The notes under the pieces: model-generated
Told to the model about the DNA's origin: nothing
The model's input: only the letters and a program-made list of their open reading frames with translations
Database searches by the model: none
Position numbers and translations under genes: made by a program
Part shown: piece after piece, positions 53,759-63,353 of the stretch
Layout of the letters: the number at the start of each line of letters is the position of its first letter
Position numbering within the stretch: position 1 is the first letter of the stretch
Assembly: GCA_963813075.1 (NCBI GenBank)
Contig: CAWEXU010000004.1
Span: 64,001 to 128,000, forward strand
Source of the DNA: Methanotrichaceae archaeon
GTDB lineage: Archaea > Halobacteriota > Methanosarcinia > Methanotrichales > Methanotrichaceae
DNA length: 64,000 nucleotides
Reading direction: 5' to 3'

Positions 53759-55111
53759 ATGGCAGACAAGATCACTTTATCTGACCTGAATAAGACATTA
53801 ACAGAGATGAATGTTCAATCCCTCGAGGGACTGAAGATCGAGGGAGATGTTGAGATAGACCTGGACGTGGGTGCAGGTGGCGTAGGTCCGCTCTTTGCTT
53901 ACTACTTTGGAGAGCAGGCAGCCAAGATCGCCATGCAGCTCATGGAGTTCGCCAAGGCAGTGGGATATCCAGTACAGAACCTGATGCAGCCGGTGGCTGT
54001 CGCTCAGGCATTATCCCCGGCGCCCAAGGACATAGCAGCAGCCGCTGCCGGAGTCCCTGCCTTTAAGGTGGCAAGCGCCCTGGCCAGTGCCAAGTTTTCC
54101 GTCGGCGTTGACAAGACCTGGAAGCATCCCATCCAGGAGGTAACCCTGGGAGCTACCAAGGCAGACGGCGGAAGCCGCGGCCATGTGGTAAAGCTGGGTG
54201 GCGAGAAGGCCATGCCCTTCTTCCCGGATGCAGCAATGCCCCATGCCCCCAAGATCACCATGGATGTCTTCGACATGCCCATCGGCATGGCCAAGGCAGT
54301 CAAGATGCATTATGAGGATGTAATCAACTCCCCAGGCGAGTGGGCCAAGAAGGCAGTCAAGGAGTTCGGCGCCGATATGGTCACCGTTCACCTGATCAGC
54401 ACTGATCCCCTCCTGAAGGATACTTCCGCCCAGGATGCAGTCAAGACAGTAGAAGAGGTTCTGCAGGCTGTGGACGTGCCCATCTGCATCGGCGGATCAG
54501 GCAACCCGGACAAGGATCCAATAGTGCTCTCCAAGGCAGCTGAAGTAGCCCAGGGCGAGCGCGTTCTTATCGCTTCCGCCAACCTGAACATGGACTGGGA
54601 GAAGATCGGCAAGGCCTGTGTGGACAACGGACATGTATGCCTCGCCTGGACCCAGCTGGAGATCAACTCCCAGAAGGAGCTGAACAGAAAGCTGATGAAG
54701 GTCGCCGGCGTCCCGCGCGAGTCCATCGTCATGGACCCGACAACCGCAGCTCTCGCTTACGGCCTGGACTTCGCCTACTCCAACATGGAGAGAATCAGGC
54801 TCGGCGCTCTGAAGGGCGACGATGAGCTGACATTCCCCATGTCCTCCGGCACCACCAACGCCTGGGGTGTCAGAGAGTCCTGGATGGTTCGCTCACCAAA
54901 CAAGGACGACTCCGACTGGGGAGACAGAATGCTCAGAGGCCCGATCTGGGAGATTCTGACCGGCTACTCTCTGGCTATGGCCGGAGTGGACATCTTCATG
55001 ATGATGCATCCAACCGCGGTTGCATATCTGCATGAGATCACCCAGTCTCTGATGGGAAGAATAGACGCCAAGACGCCTGATGCCAATGCCTGGCTCAAGA
55101 TGGGGGTGTGA
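53759..55111 (+). CDS. cdhD: ACDS complex delta subunit (corrinoid Fe-S protein small)
   Basis: N-terminal [42 protein letters not shown]. Confidence 0.95.
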   Translation: MADKITLSDLNKTLTEMNVQSLEGLKIEGDVEIDLDVGAGGVGPLFAYYFGEQAAKIAMQLMEFAKAVGYPVQNLMQPVAVAQALSPAPKDIAAAAAGVPAFKVASALASAKFSVGVDKTWKHPIQEVTLGATKADGGSRGHVVKLGGEKAMPFFPDAAMPHAPKITMDVFDMPIGMAKAVKMHYEDVINSPGEWAKKAVKEFGADMVTVHLISTDPLLKDTSAQDAVKTVEEVLQAVDVPICIGGSGNPDKDPIVLSKAAEVAQGERVLIASANLNMDWEKIGKACVDNGHVCLAWTQLEINSQKELNRKLMKVAGVPRESIVMDPTTAALAYGLDFAYSNMERIRLGALKGDDELTFPMSSGTTNAWGVRESWMVRSPNKDDSDWGDRMLRGPIWEILTGYSLAMAGVDIFMMMHPTAVAYLHEITQSLMGRIDAKTPDANAWLKMGV

Positions 55112-55116
55112 GGAAA

Positions 55117-56532
55117 ATGAAGGAAACAAGCCCGCTTAACCTTTACAAGCAGCTTCCACAGACTAACTGCAAGAAGTGCGGAGAGGAGACCTGTATGGCC
55201 TTTGCCGCCGGCCTGATCGCCAGAACCCGGAAGGTAGAGGAGTGCACTCCGTTAATTGAAGAGAAGAAGTACGCCAAGAAGCTTGCTACCCTCAGAAGCA
55301 CCGTCGCTCCCGAGCTGAAGATGGTCTATGTGGGTGTCGGAGACAAGCAGGCCAAGGTAGGTGGCGAGGACGTCATGTACCGCCATCAGATGACCTTCTT
55401 CAACAAGCCGCCATTTGCCTATGATGTTGCCGACAACATGGAAGAGGCAAAGCTCATCGAGCGCGTAAAGAAGATCACCACCTGGCGAAAGTTCTACATC
55501 GGCAAGTGGCAGGGCGTGGAGATGATTGCCGTCCGGTCTGTGACCGACGATCCGGCCAAGTTCGCCGCCTGCGTCAAGACCGTCATGGCCAATGGCAATG
55601 GCTTCCCCCTCATCCTCTGCTCCTTCAACCCGGCAGTTCTCAAGGCCGGCCTGGAGGTCGCAGCCAAGGAGAAGCCACTCATCTATGCCGCAACCAAGGA
55701 CAACTGGAAGGAGGTCGCTCAGCTGGCCAATGACTACAAGGTCCCAGTCACATTGAGCGTTCCCTTCGACCTGGATGGACTCAAGTCCATGGCCGTCACC
55801 TTCGCCGAAATGGGACTGACCGACCTGGTCCTTGACCCCGGAACGGCACCCAACGGCAAGATGCTGCAGCAGACCCTCACCAACTTCATCAACCTGAGGA
55901 GAGCAGCGGTAGAAGAGGCCCAGAGGGATATCGCTTACCCGGTCATGGTTCTGCCCATCAACGCCTGGCTGACCACCGAAGACCCGGTTCGTGCTTCTTA
56001 CTGGGAGTCTGTGCTCACCGCAGCCTTCGTCATTCGCGGCGGTGCAATCATGATCAAGCACTCCCTTGAGCCGCACAGCATGATGCCCGATATGCATCTG
56101 CGCTTCAACATCTACACCGATCCCAGGACGCCTGTGCAGGTCAAGCCCGGCATCTACAAGGTCGGCAATCCAGGACCGGAGTCGCCAGTCTTCCTGACCA
56201 CCAACTTCGCCCTGACCTACTACACCGTAGAGTCGGACGTAGCCTCAAACGGCATCGATGCTTACATCATCGCCATCAACACCGATGGTATCGGAGTGCA
56301 GGCATCTGTCGCTGGTGGACAGCTGAGCCCGGTCAAGATCCAGGACTCCTTCAACGAGGCAGCCTTCGACTGGGCCGGTCAAAAGTACCCGGCCATGGTC
56401 CTGCCCGGAATGGCAGCCAAGTTCTCAGGCGAGCTGGAGGACCTCTTTGCAGGCAAGGCCAAGATCATGGTCGGCCCAGAGGACTCCGGACGCATCATCG
56501 GCTGGATGAAGGACTACTGGCCACCCAAGTAA
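55117..56532 (+). CDS. cdhE: ACDS complex gamma subunit (corrinoid Fe-S protein large)
   Basis: LPQTNCKKCGEETCMAFA, IYTDPRTP, TTNFALTYYTVESD. Confidence 0.96.
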   Translation: MKETSPLNLYKQLPQTNCKKCGEETCMAFAAGLIARTRKVEECTPLIEEKKYAKKLATLRSTVAPELKMVYVGVGDKQAKVGGEDVMYRHQMTFFNKPPFAYDVADNMEEAKLIERVKKITTWRKFYIGKWQGVEMIAVRSVTDDPAKFAACVKTVMANGNGFPLILCSFNPAVLKAGLEVAAKEKPLIYAATKDNWKEVAQLANDYKVPVTLSVPFDLDGLKSMAVTFAEMGLTDLVLDPGTAPNGKMLQQTLTNFINLRRAAVEEAQRDIAYPVMVLPINAWLTTEDPVRASYWESVLTAAFVIRGGAIMIKHSLEPHSMMPDMHLRFNIYTDPRTPVQVKPGIYKVGNPGPESPVFLTTNFALTYYTVESDVASNGIDAYIIAINTDGIGVQASVAGGQLSPVKIQDSFNEAAFDWAGQKYPAMVLPGMAAKFSGELEDLFAGKAKIMVGPEDSGRIIGWMKDYWPPK

Positions 56533-56555
56533 GACGGACTGAAAAAGGGTATTGC

Positions 56556-56590
56556 ATGTGCCCCATAGCGGGCACATACTCTAATTTTAT
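56556..56590 (+). terminator. Hairpin after cdhE
   Basis: atgtgccc-catagc-gggcacat followed by a T-rich tract. Confidence 0.55.
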
Positions 56591-56635
56591 AGCTCCTTGA
56601 TCTTAGAATCGATTTCAGGAGGAAAACGATTATCT

Positions 56636-57061
56636 ATGTTATCCCTAAAATATTCCGCTTTGGGCCTGGCCCTGATCCTCTTCATTCTGGCAGGAAGCGC
56701 CCTGGCCCAGTCGTCAGTGGAACCGGTCTATTTGGGTGAATTTGATCTGCTGGCAAATAACAGCTCCGTGAATTCCAGCTCGATAAACAACAGCTCGATA
56801 AACAGCAGCATTAACAGCACCCTGATAAATAGCACAGCGGCCACCAATTCCACATCGATCGATACCGATCTTGTCAAGCCCCAAAATCTGGCTGCCTCTT
56901 CCGGCAAGGAGGTCCTTGACCTATCCGGCTATGCAAGAGACAGAGCAAACAAGAGCCTGGCCGGTTACACAAATGTCATGTATCCCATCACCGGCTCGCG
57001 GGGGACCACCACCTCTACCTCAGGAGGAGGCGGCGGTGGAGGCGGATGCGGCTGCGGATAA
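56636..57061 (+). CDS. Secreted protein with NSS repeats and C-terminal G8-CGCG
   Basis: Signal peptide ending ALA-Q; NNSSVNSSSINNSSINSSINST; ends SGGGGGGGGCGCG*. Confidence 0.75.
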   Translation: MLSLKYSALGLALILFILAGSALAQSSVEPVYLGEFDLLANNSSVNSSSINNSSINSSINSTLINSTAATNSTSIDTDLVKPQNLAASSGKEVLDLSGYARDRANKSLAGYTNVMYPITGSRGTTTSTSGGGGGGGGCGCG

Positions 57062-57138
57062 AAAAAGAAATAATAAAAATTTTTTTAAACAAGGAAAGAT
57101 CTATAAACGATTAACAGGATTGGTCTATTGACTGCAAC

Positions 57139-58005
57139 ATGATACTCCCCTGCAAACACGAAACCCAGGTGACCGACCAGGTACCTAGAGCGATAGATCT
57201 TTTAATAAATATGGATAAGTCTCATCCGAATCTGCTGCTTGAACATAATATCCAGCCGATCGACTACAGGCAGGGCCTTGTTTTCAGATCAGCTGTTGAA
57301 AGCATTCGCGGCACATTTATTGCCTCTTCCACTACGAGAAGAGAAGGATTAATCGGCGACGTTTTAGAGAACATGCTTCAAAAGGGCATAGTTGTAGATT
57401 ACGAACAAACGGGCAACAGTCGAAGATACGACTTTGTAGTTATCGTCGAAAATGATCCAGACTACATCGCAGCTATAGAGGTAAAAGGCGGGGAAGGAAA
57501 TAGCATAAACATCTCAGAGCGTCCTCTCTGGGCAAAAGAGTTTTGTGTTTGGTCCCATCTGGATGGAGCTATTGTGAATCAGCCCGGACATGGTGCACAC
57601 TCCATAATAAACCGTTTAACTAATGAGCTTGTTAGACGTCATAAATTAGTTGACGCCCTATTTTTCAAAGACATCTTATGTGGGACGAGGACGAGGCCAT
57701 GTCCTAAATATTCCGATAGAATGGAGACAATTGGGCTAAACGCAGCTCCTGATGTTTTTTTGTTTCCTCAGCGTGTACCAACTCTCGAAGATCCTATGCC
57801 ACCGATTCATTCTCTTGAGACGCTAAAGCTGCCTGGGAAGATTCTAGATTTATTTGATGTAAATCCGAGTGCGAGAGAAGAGCATCTTTGGGAGGTGCAT
57901 GTTGGAGTTGAAAGAGTCTCAAATGATCGAATTCAAAGAAGGGTGACAATTTTGCATAAAGGAGAAATAATCGATGAGAGTCGATCCCGAGCATGGCGGC
58001 CTTAG
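57139..58005 (+). CDS. Putative type II restriction endonuclease (PD-(D/E)xK)
   Basis: RRYDF...IAAIEVKGG motif; directly upstream of a DNA methyltransferase; low GC. Confidence 0.65.
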   Translation: MILPCKHETQVTDQVPRAIDLLINMDKSHPNLLLEHNIQPIDYRQGLVFRSAVESIRGTFIASSTTRREGLIGDVLENMLQKGIVVDYEQTGNSRRYDFVVIVENDPDYIAAIEVKGGEGNSINISERPLWAKEFCVWSHLDGAIVNQPGHGAHSIINRLTNELVRRHKLVDALFFKDILCGTRTRPCPKYSDRMETIGLNAAPDVFLFPQRVPTLEDPMPPIHSLETLKLPGKILDLFDVNPSAREEHLWEVHVGVERVSNDRIQRRVTILHKGEIIDESRSRAWRP

Positions 58006-58015
58006 GAGGTAAACA

Positions 58016-59191
58016 GTGGCAAATAGTGCCGGGGACACAAGGCAGATAACACTGTTCGACGATGTGGAATCTTTCACTTGCTTGAATTCTCAACTGTGGA
58101 GAGGATCTTATCAGTCGCGAGAGAGCACCTTTCAGCAACTATCTCCCTATGTTGGCAAAATGAAATCAGGTATGGCAAAGGTTCTCGTTAATCTCTATTC
58201 AAAACGTGGGGATACTGTGCTTGATCCATTTTCTGGTTCAGGTGTTGTCCCTTTTGAGGCGGTTATATCCGATCGAGTTGCTTGGGCAAATGATCTTAGT
58301 CCTTATGCATATGCCATCACTCGTGGGAAGCTTGATGCTCCTGCAAGCGAGAAAAAAGCCCTTGAGAGAGTGGCGATACTTACGAGTGCGATTGAAAGCC
58401 AAGCTCCTTCGGTAGACCTTTCTTTAACCCCTCAATGGGTTAGAGAATTCTTTCATCCTGAAACTTTAAAAGAAATTTTATTGGCCTTTCGAATTTTAAA
58501 AGAAGAAAATGACTTTTTCTTGACTGCTTGTTTGCTAGGCATTTTGCATCACGTTAGGCCAGGTTTTCTTTCGTATCCTGCTAGCCATCTCGTTCCGTAT
58601 CTTAGGAAGTCAATGTACCCTCCAGAAGATTTTCCTCATATGTATTCCTATAGAGACCTTGGTTCTCGCCTGGCTGCAAAGGTAAAACGTGCCTACAGTC
58701 GATCTTTTCTTCCACTTGATTGGGAGAATAGGAAATACAAAGTCTGGAGAGTTAACTCCATGAATCTGCCCATCGATGATGAAGTGGTCGATACAATCAT
58801 ATCAAGCCCTCCTTATTTCGGAGCTCTTGATTACGCTCGCGATAATCGTCTTAGATTATGGTTTTTGGGATGCGAAGACTGGAAGGAACTGGATGCCTCG
58901 ATGACAGCAAAAACCCGAGTCTATTTGCCGCAAATGTCAAAATGCATTTCTGAGATGCACCGTGTTCTTAAGCCCGAGGGATATTGCGTGCTAGTTCTCG
59001 GCGATGTGGAGCGCGACGGGCAAATCAGGCGTACAGCAGAGATTTTGGCAGATTTAGCGAGACAGATTTGCGATGATGGTTTTTTTGTTGAGACAATTTA
59101 CGATGATATAATTCCTGACGAAAGGAGATCACGAAGGAGAACGTGCACGACAAAGTTCGAGAGAATATTGGTGATGAAAAAAGTTGGATGA
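58016..59191 (+). CDS. DNA amino-methyltransferase (SPPY, probably m4C)
   Basis: YVGKM, VLDPFSGSG (motif I) before IISSPPY (motif IV), RVLKPEG. Confidence 0.9.
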   Translation: MANSAGDTRQITLFDDVESFTCLNSQLWRGSYQSRESTFQQLSPYVGKMKSGMAKVLVNLYSKRGDTVLDPFSGSGVVPFEAVISDRVAWANDLSPYAYAITRGKLDAPASEKKALERVAILTSAIESQAPSVDLSLTPQWVREFFHPETLKEILLAFRILKEENDFFLTACLLGILHHVRPGFLSYPASHLVPYLRKSMYPPEDFPHMYSYRDLGSRLAAKVKRAYSRSFLPLDWENRKYKVWRVNSMNLPIDDEVVDTIISSPPYFGALDYARDNRLRLWFLGCEDWKELDASMTAKTRVYLPQMSKCISEMHRVLKPEGYCVLVLGDVERDGQIRRTAEILADLARQICDDGFFVETIYDDIIPDERRSRRRTCTTKFERILVMKKVG

Positions 59192-59197
59192 TGGCAT

Positions 59198-59896
59198 TCA
59201 GATCTTTCTGCATAAATAAAGGCCCAGAAATTCCTCTTTATGCTCCTCCCTTTCGATCACAAAGCCCGCCCTCTCGATCAGGCCGCGCATGATCCAGTCC
59301 ATGGTGGAGAATTCCTTGTTGATGTGGCTGGTCATCCTCTGGACAAATCCGGGACCTGCCTTCTCCCCGGTGCTGGTGACGAACCTCTCTATCTGCCTCT
59401 CATAGTCGCGCGGATCAAAGGAGTAGACTATGTCTCTGATGCAGAGCTTTCCTCCCGGTCGCAGCATCTCGGCCATGTTCAACAGGGCGATCTGCTTCCA
59501 GAAGTCGGGCAGGTGGTGCAGGGCTATCTGGCTGACGATGGCGTCGGGCGGCTCATTCTGGTGGTGGTAGGAGAGAAAGCCGCCGGGAAGAAAGCGGATG
59601 TTTTCGATCCCTTGCTCATGCGCTTTATTTTGGGCATAATTGAGCATCCCTGGGGATATATCGATGGCAAAAACCCGCGCGCAGCGGCGGGCGGCGGCCA
59701 GGGCAAACTCGCCCGTGCCCGTGCCCATCTCCAGCAATGTCTGGTCAGGCTCAAGGCTCAGGAAGGATAAGATCTCCTCGATCTCCCCCTGAATGTCTCT
59801 GAATCTTTGCATATTGCGGTCGTAGGATGGTGCGACGGCATCGAAATCCATGCCGGGATGGTCAGGCTCGTGATACTGCCAGGCTGGTGTGAGCAT
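59198..59896 (-). CDS. Class I SAM-dependent methyltransferase
   Basis: LEMGTGTG, IDISPGML, ALHHLPDFWK, LRPGG. Confidence 0.9.
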   Translation of the reverse strand: MLTPAWQYHEPDHPGMDFDAVAPSYDRNMQRFRDIQGEIEEILSFLSLEPDQTLLEMGTGTGEFALAAARRCARVFAIDISPGMLNYAQNKAHEQGIENIRFLPGGFLSYHHQNEPPDAIVSQIALHHLPDFWKQIALLNMAEMLRPGGKLCIRDIVYSFDPRDYERQIERFVTSTGEKAGPGFVQRMTSHINKEFSTMDWIMRGLIERAGFVIEREEHKEEFLGLYLCRKI

Positions 59897-60049
59897 TCTC
59901 TATAATCTCCTTTAATTAATAGTGCTCAGGCAATTATATATTTTGCGATCTTGATTGATATAACCTCTTGATCTTCAGGCTGAATCTCTGCTAAAAAAGG
60001 AGGAAATCTGTTATCCACCTATCTAATATCTCCTGACTTATTTGGATAG

Positions 60050-61543
60050 CTAAGGCCAAGTGGGACTGCTGTTGCTTGCAGGCCATATATCATTGGGGCT
60101 GTTATTGTGCACCATTTCTGTATTGCCGTTTATTGTGCCTGTATTGTATATGCCGCCTCCATTCTCATAGGCAATGTTGTGGTCTATGGAGCCGCTGATC
60201 AAATTCACAACGCCGGGATAGTGATTGTAAATGCCGCCACCTTTGCCAGAATTATCATGGATCCATCCCACGGTATTTTCTGTTATTGTGCTGTCCACTA
60301 TGGTTACTGTCCCTTCATTGAATATCCCGCCCCCAAAAGTTGGGGTGTTGCCAGATTCGCCGCCAGTTATGACGCAATCATCTATCACTATTGTCCCCTG
60401 ATTGAAAATGCCGCCGCCAGATGGGTAGATGTATCTATCGCCAAATATTTCGTAATAATAGCCACTCCCACCTATTATGGTCATGCCCGAAATGCTGGCA
60501 TTGACATCCGGGCTTACGCGAAATGTACTTCCTTCCCAATAATCCGGATGCCAATCAATATAGCTTCCGTCAATGATAGTCGCATCTTTTCCCTCTCCTG
60601 CAAAGCTCAGATCTCTGTCCACATAGATCTGTTCATGGTATATTCCTTCACCGATGCTGATTGAATCTCCGGAATCAGCGAACTTCAGCATATCGTTGAT
60701 GATGGATCTGGTGTCTCGGGATACAACTTGCCCGATTAAGGGTCCGCTCCCGGCGAGGGTGACTTTCTGACTATCTCCTGGCTTATATCTAAGATCCTCG
60801 ATTTTGGTACTATCCCCCTGTGCATTATTTATATATTGCACAGTCTCGCCAAAATGACCTTCCGTTCTACCTGAGAATTGGGCGGGAGTGGATCCCTCCT
60901 GAGTCAATGTCGTGGTTAGCCGGTATAGCCTATCGTCATCACGTCCATAGCTGGAAACTACAATATTTTCACCCGTTGCCTGAAAGACCGGGTCTTCTCC
61001 TACAGGACCAAACTGGCTTGCCTGGACGGCATTTCCATCCGTATAGGCCAGACTATGATAGCCTGTCAGCGATCCGGATACGACCTCTGTGCTTCCCCCC
61101 GCAGATAGAGCGCCGAAAGAGGCCATCGCCGAGGCTTTGATATAATCTGCACTGCCGACATCCAGCCATTCCTCTGCCAGGACCCATTCAGAGAGTTTAT
61201 TTGATGTTCCCTCTTTGGGATAAACCTGCGACTTATAGCTGATGTCAGTGCCATTGACCACCCTGGCATAAACCTCGGCATGCTTGCCGCTGTTTGTCAC
61301 CTGATGGGTCTGCTCAAAGCTTTTCACAGAGCCCTTTGATTTTACATTGGGTTTTACCTTGGCACCATCTATCGCAACAGTTCCCTGCAGGGAGGTATCC
61401 TGCGCCACATTCATGTCGATATTTACAGTCTGTGCGCTGCTGCCGTCGTCGCCTGTCACGCTCACCTCAATAGAGGCAGCGGGAATGCAGGCAGCGATAA
61501 GTGCGATTATTCCCAGTATGATCACCATATCAGATGAATTCAT
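60050..61543 (-). CDS. Secreted protein with C-terminal right-handed beta-helix (GGGI-N repeats)
   Basis: Signal peptide; GD.I.IGEGIYHE, TIIDG, repeated GGGIFN/GGGIYN. Confidence 0.8.
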   Translation of the reverse strand: MNSSDMVIILGIIALIAACIPAASIEVSVTGDDGSSAQTVNIDMNVAQDTSLQGTVAIDGAKVKPNVKSKGSVKSFEQTHQVTNSGKHAEVYARVVNGTDISYKSQVYPKEGTSNKLSEWVLAEEWLDVGSADYIKASAMASFGALSAGGSTEVVSGSLTGYHSLAYTDGNAVQASQFGPVGEDPVFQATGENIVVSSYGRDDDRLYRLTTTLTQEGSTPAQFSGRTEGHFGETVQYINNAQGDSTKIEDLRYKPGDSQKVTLAGSGPLIGQVVSRDTRSIINDMLKFADSGDSISIGEGIYHEQIYVDRDLSFAGEGKDATIIDGSYIDWHPDYWEGSTFRVSPDVNASISGMTIIGGSGYYYEIFGDRYIYPSGGGIFNQGTIVIDDCVITGGESGNTPTFGGGIFNEGTVTIVDSTITENTVGWIHDNSGKGGGIYNHYPGVVNLISGSIDHNIAYENGGGIYNTGTINGNTEMVHNNSPNDIWPASNSSPTWP

Positions 61544-61811
61544 TAAGATCCCTCCAATATGCTTACTTCAATATGCTTAAAATATTATAAGATATAATCA
61601 TTATTGATATAAAAACCTTATGCTGTAAATGATTGACATCCAAAATATAGATCACAAACATCCCCTGGGAATGTATATCGCTTGTTACCGCAGTGTTACC
61701 GCAGGTTCTCTGGTTAATCCGCCAACCAGCAGATCTCAAAATGCATACAAAAATGCCGCTCAACAAAAATTAGTTATAAAATGCAGGATAGAATGTCTAA
61801 GGGGATCGAAA

Positions 61812-62246
61812 ATGCCGAAGATAGCAGTAATCTACGCCTCAGGCTTGGGAAGGACAAAGAAGATGGCAGAGGCCATTGCCAGTGGAGCCATGACCATCGA
61901 AGGAACTGATGTATTGCTGAAGGATGCCTATGATGCATCAACAGATGATATAGCTGACGCAGATGCAATCGTTCTTGGTGGCTCGACATACAACTATAAG
62001 CTGATCAAGGCGATGGATCCATTGTTAAAAGAGATGGCAAAGCTGGATTTGAAGGAGAAGGTGGGAGTGGCTTTTGGCTCGCATGGGTGGAGCGGAGAGG
62101 GAGTTGTGACCTTGATCGCGCGCATGAAATCCTTTGGGATGAAAGTCGTGGAACCAGGAACGACCGCCATACAGGTTCCCAGCAAGGAGGACATTGAGAA
62201 GTGCTTCCACCTGGGAAGGACGATCGCGACTGGACTGGCAAGCTAG
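61812..62246 (+). CDS. Flavodoxin-domain protein (FprA-like)
   Basis: IYASGLGRTKKMAEAI, LGGSTYN, AFGSHGWSGEG. Confidence 0.9.
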   Translation: MPKIAVIYASGLGRTKKMAEAIASGAMTIEGTDVLLKDAYDASTDDIADADAIVLGGSTYNYKLIKAMDPLLKEMAKLDLKEKVGVAFGSHGWSGEGVVTLIARMKSFGMKVVEPGTTAIQVPSKEDIEKCFHLGRTIATGLAS

Positions 62247-62332
62247 ACCATTAGTGGATGGGCCTTAAAAGAAAAATGAGGATTTACTGAGGCTTGGGAA
62301 AATAATCCAAAATTCCTATACTTTTTCTTCAA

Positions 62333-62587
62333 TCAGGCCTCAGGACATCCTCCTTCAATCCATTTTCCATAAAGGGGTTCGGGCACATTCTCTGCCGGGT
62401 CCTGGCAGCGATATACATAGCCGCACCATCGATGTACCTTCTTGTCAGACCCAGCCACGATCTGCTCCTGGCACCATAGCTTCAGGCCGCATCCTTCCGC
62501 CAGGCTGAGCTTCTTTATCATCTCTTCCTGGCTTGCTCCCTGGCCGAGCAGCTCTTTGAGCCTCTTCTCTGTCTCCTCCAGTGTCAT
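62333..62587 (-). CDS. Small hypothetical protein
   Basis: 84-aa ORF with several Cys/Trp; no recognised family. Confidence 0.6.
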   Translation of the reverse strand: MTLEETEKRLKELLGQGASQEEMIKKLSLAEGCGLKLWCQEQIVAGSDKKVHRWCGYVYRCQDPAENVPEPLYGKWIEGGCPEA

Positions 62588-62656
62588 GTCTAATAGGTAT
62601 AGGTATTATTAGATTTAAGCTTTGAGCTTCGTTGAGGATCATGGCTTTTTCAAGCA

Positions 62657-62838
62657 TCAGCATTCATCCTGGCGACATATCTCCATCATCCTCTCCAACT
62701 CCCGCGCCACCGTCGCCCCACCATCCTGCTCTGCACGGTCACCGCCAGCATCCGGCCCGCCCGCGCTCTGGAGTATTCGTCCACCTGCCAGTCCAGCCCC
62801 TGGTAGCCCACGTCCATGAGGATGAGGCCCTGGCAGGC
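62657..62838 (-). pseudogene. Diverged duplicate of the truA 3' end
   Basis: GLILMDVGYQGLDWQVDEYSRARAGRMLAVTVQSRM vs truA GLILMEVGYEGLDWQVDRYSCARAGRMIAGTVQSRM. Confidence 0.88.
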
Positions 62839-62940
62839 TACCGAAATCCTAGGTTCAGATGGCAAGGCTTCCGGTGCCCGCTCCACGTTGTGTGATACAA
62901 ATGGGAAATTATATCATCCATAAGCCTCAGAGATACATCT

Positions 62941-63147
62941 ATGGAGCAGATCCGCGAACTTATGGCCAAACTTTCCTCCCAACACCAGCAAGAGGTTCTG
63001 GATTTCGCCCAATACCTCGCTGAAAAAAAGAGCAGACCCAAGCGCAAAAAACTGCGGTTTGACTGGGCGGGCGGATTGGCCGAGTTCAAAGAAAATTATA
63101 CTTCTCTTGAATTGCAGAAGAAGTCCCTGGATTGGTGGGGCGATTGA
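62941..63147 (+). CDS. DUF2281-like antitoxin
   Basis: L...QQEVLDFAQYL.EK...FDWAGGL....YTSLELQKK..DWW. Confidence 0.8.
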   Translation: MEQIRELMAKLSSQHQQEVLDFAQYLAEKKSRPKRKKLRFDWAGGLAEFKENYTSLELQKKSLDWWGD

Positions 63148-63275
63148 GCTACCTCATCGACTCGAACGTCTGGCTGGAATTGCTTTTAAGGCAGCAGCAT
63201 GCCGATGAGGTCCACCAGTTTTGCAGATGGTTCAGTTGGACGAAATATATCTAACGGAATTCACGCTCTATTCAA
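63144..63275 (+). pseudogene. Truncated PIN/VapC toxin
   Basis: TTG start overlapping the antitoxin stop; SYLIDSNVWLELLL.Q...DEV..F / IYLTEFTLYS, then lost. Confidence 0.75.
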
Positions 63276-63353
63276 AGAAAAACGCCGGCAATGATCATGG
63301 CCGAAAAAGCAGATTATAATTGAACACGACACCCTGTTCTCCTAGCCTCGCTA

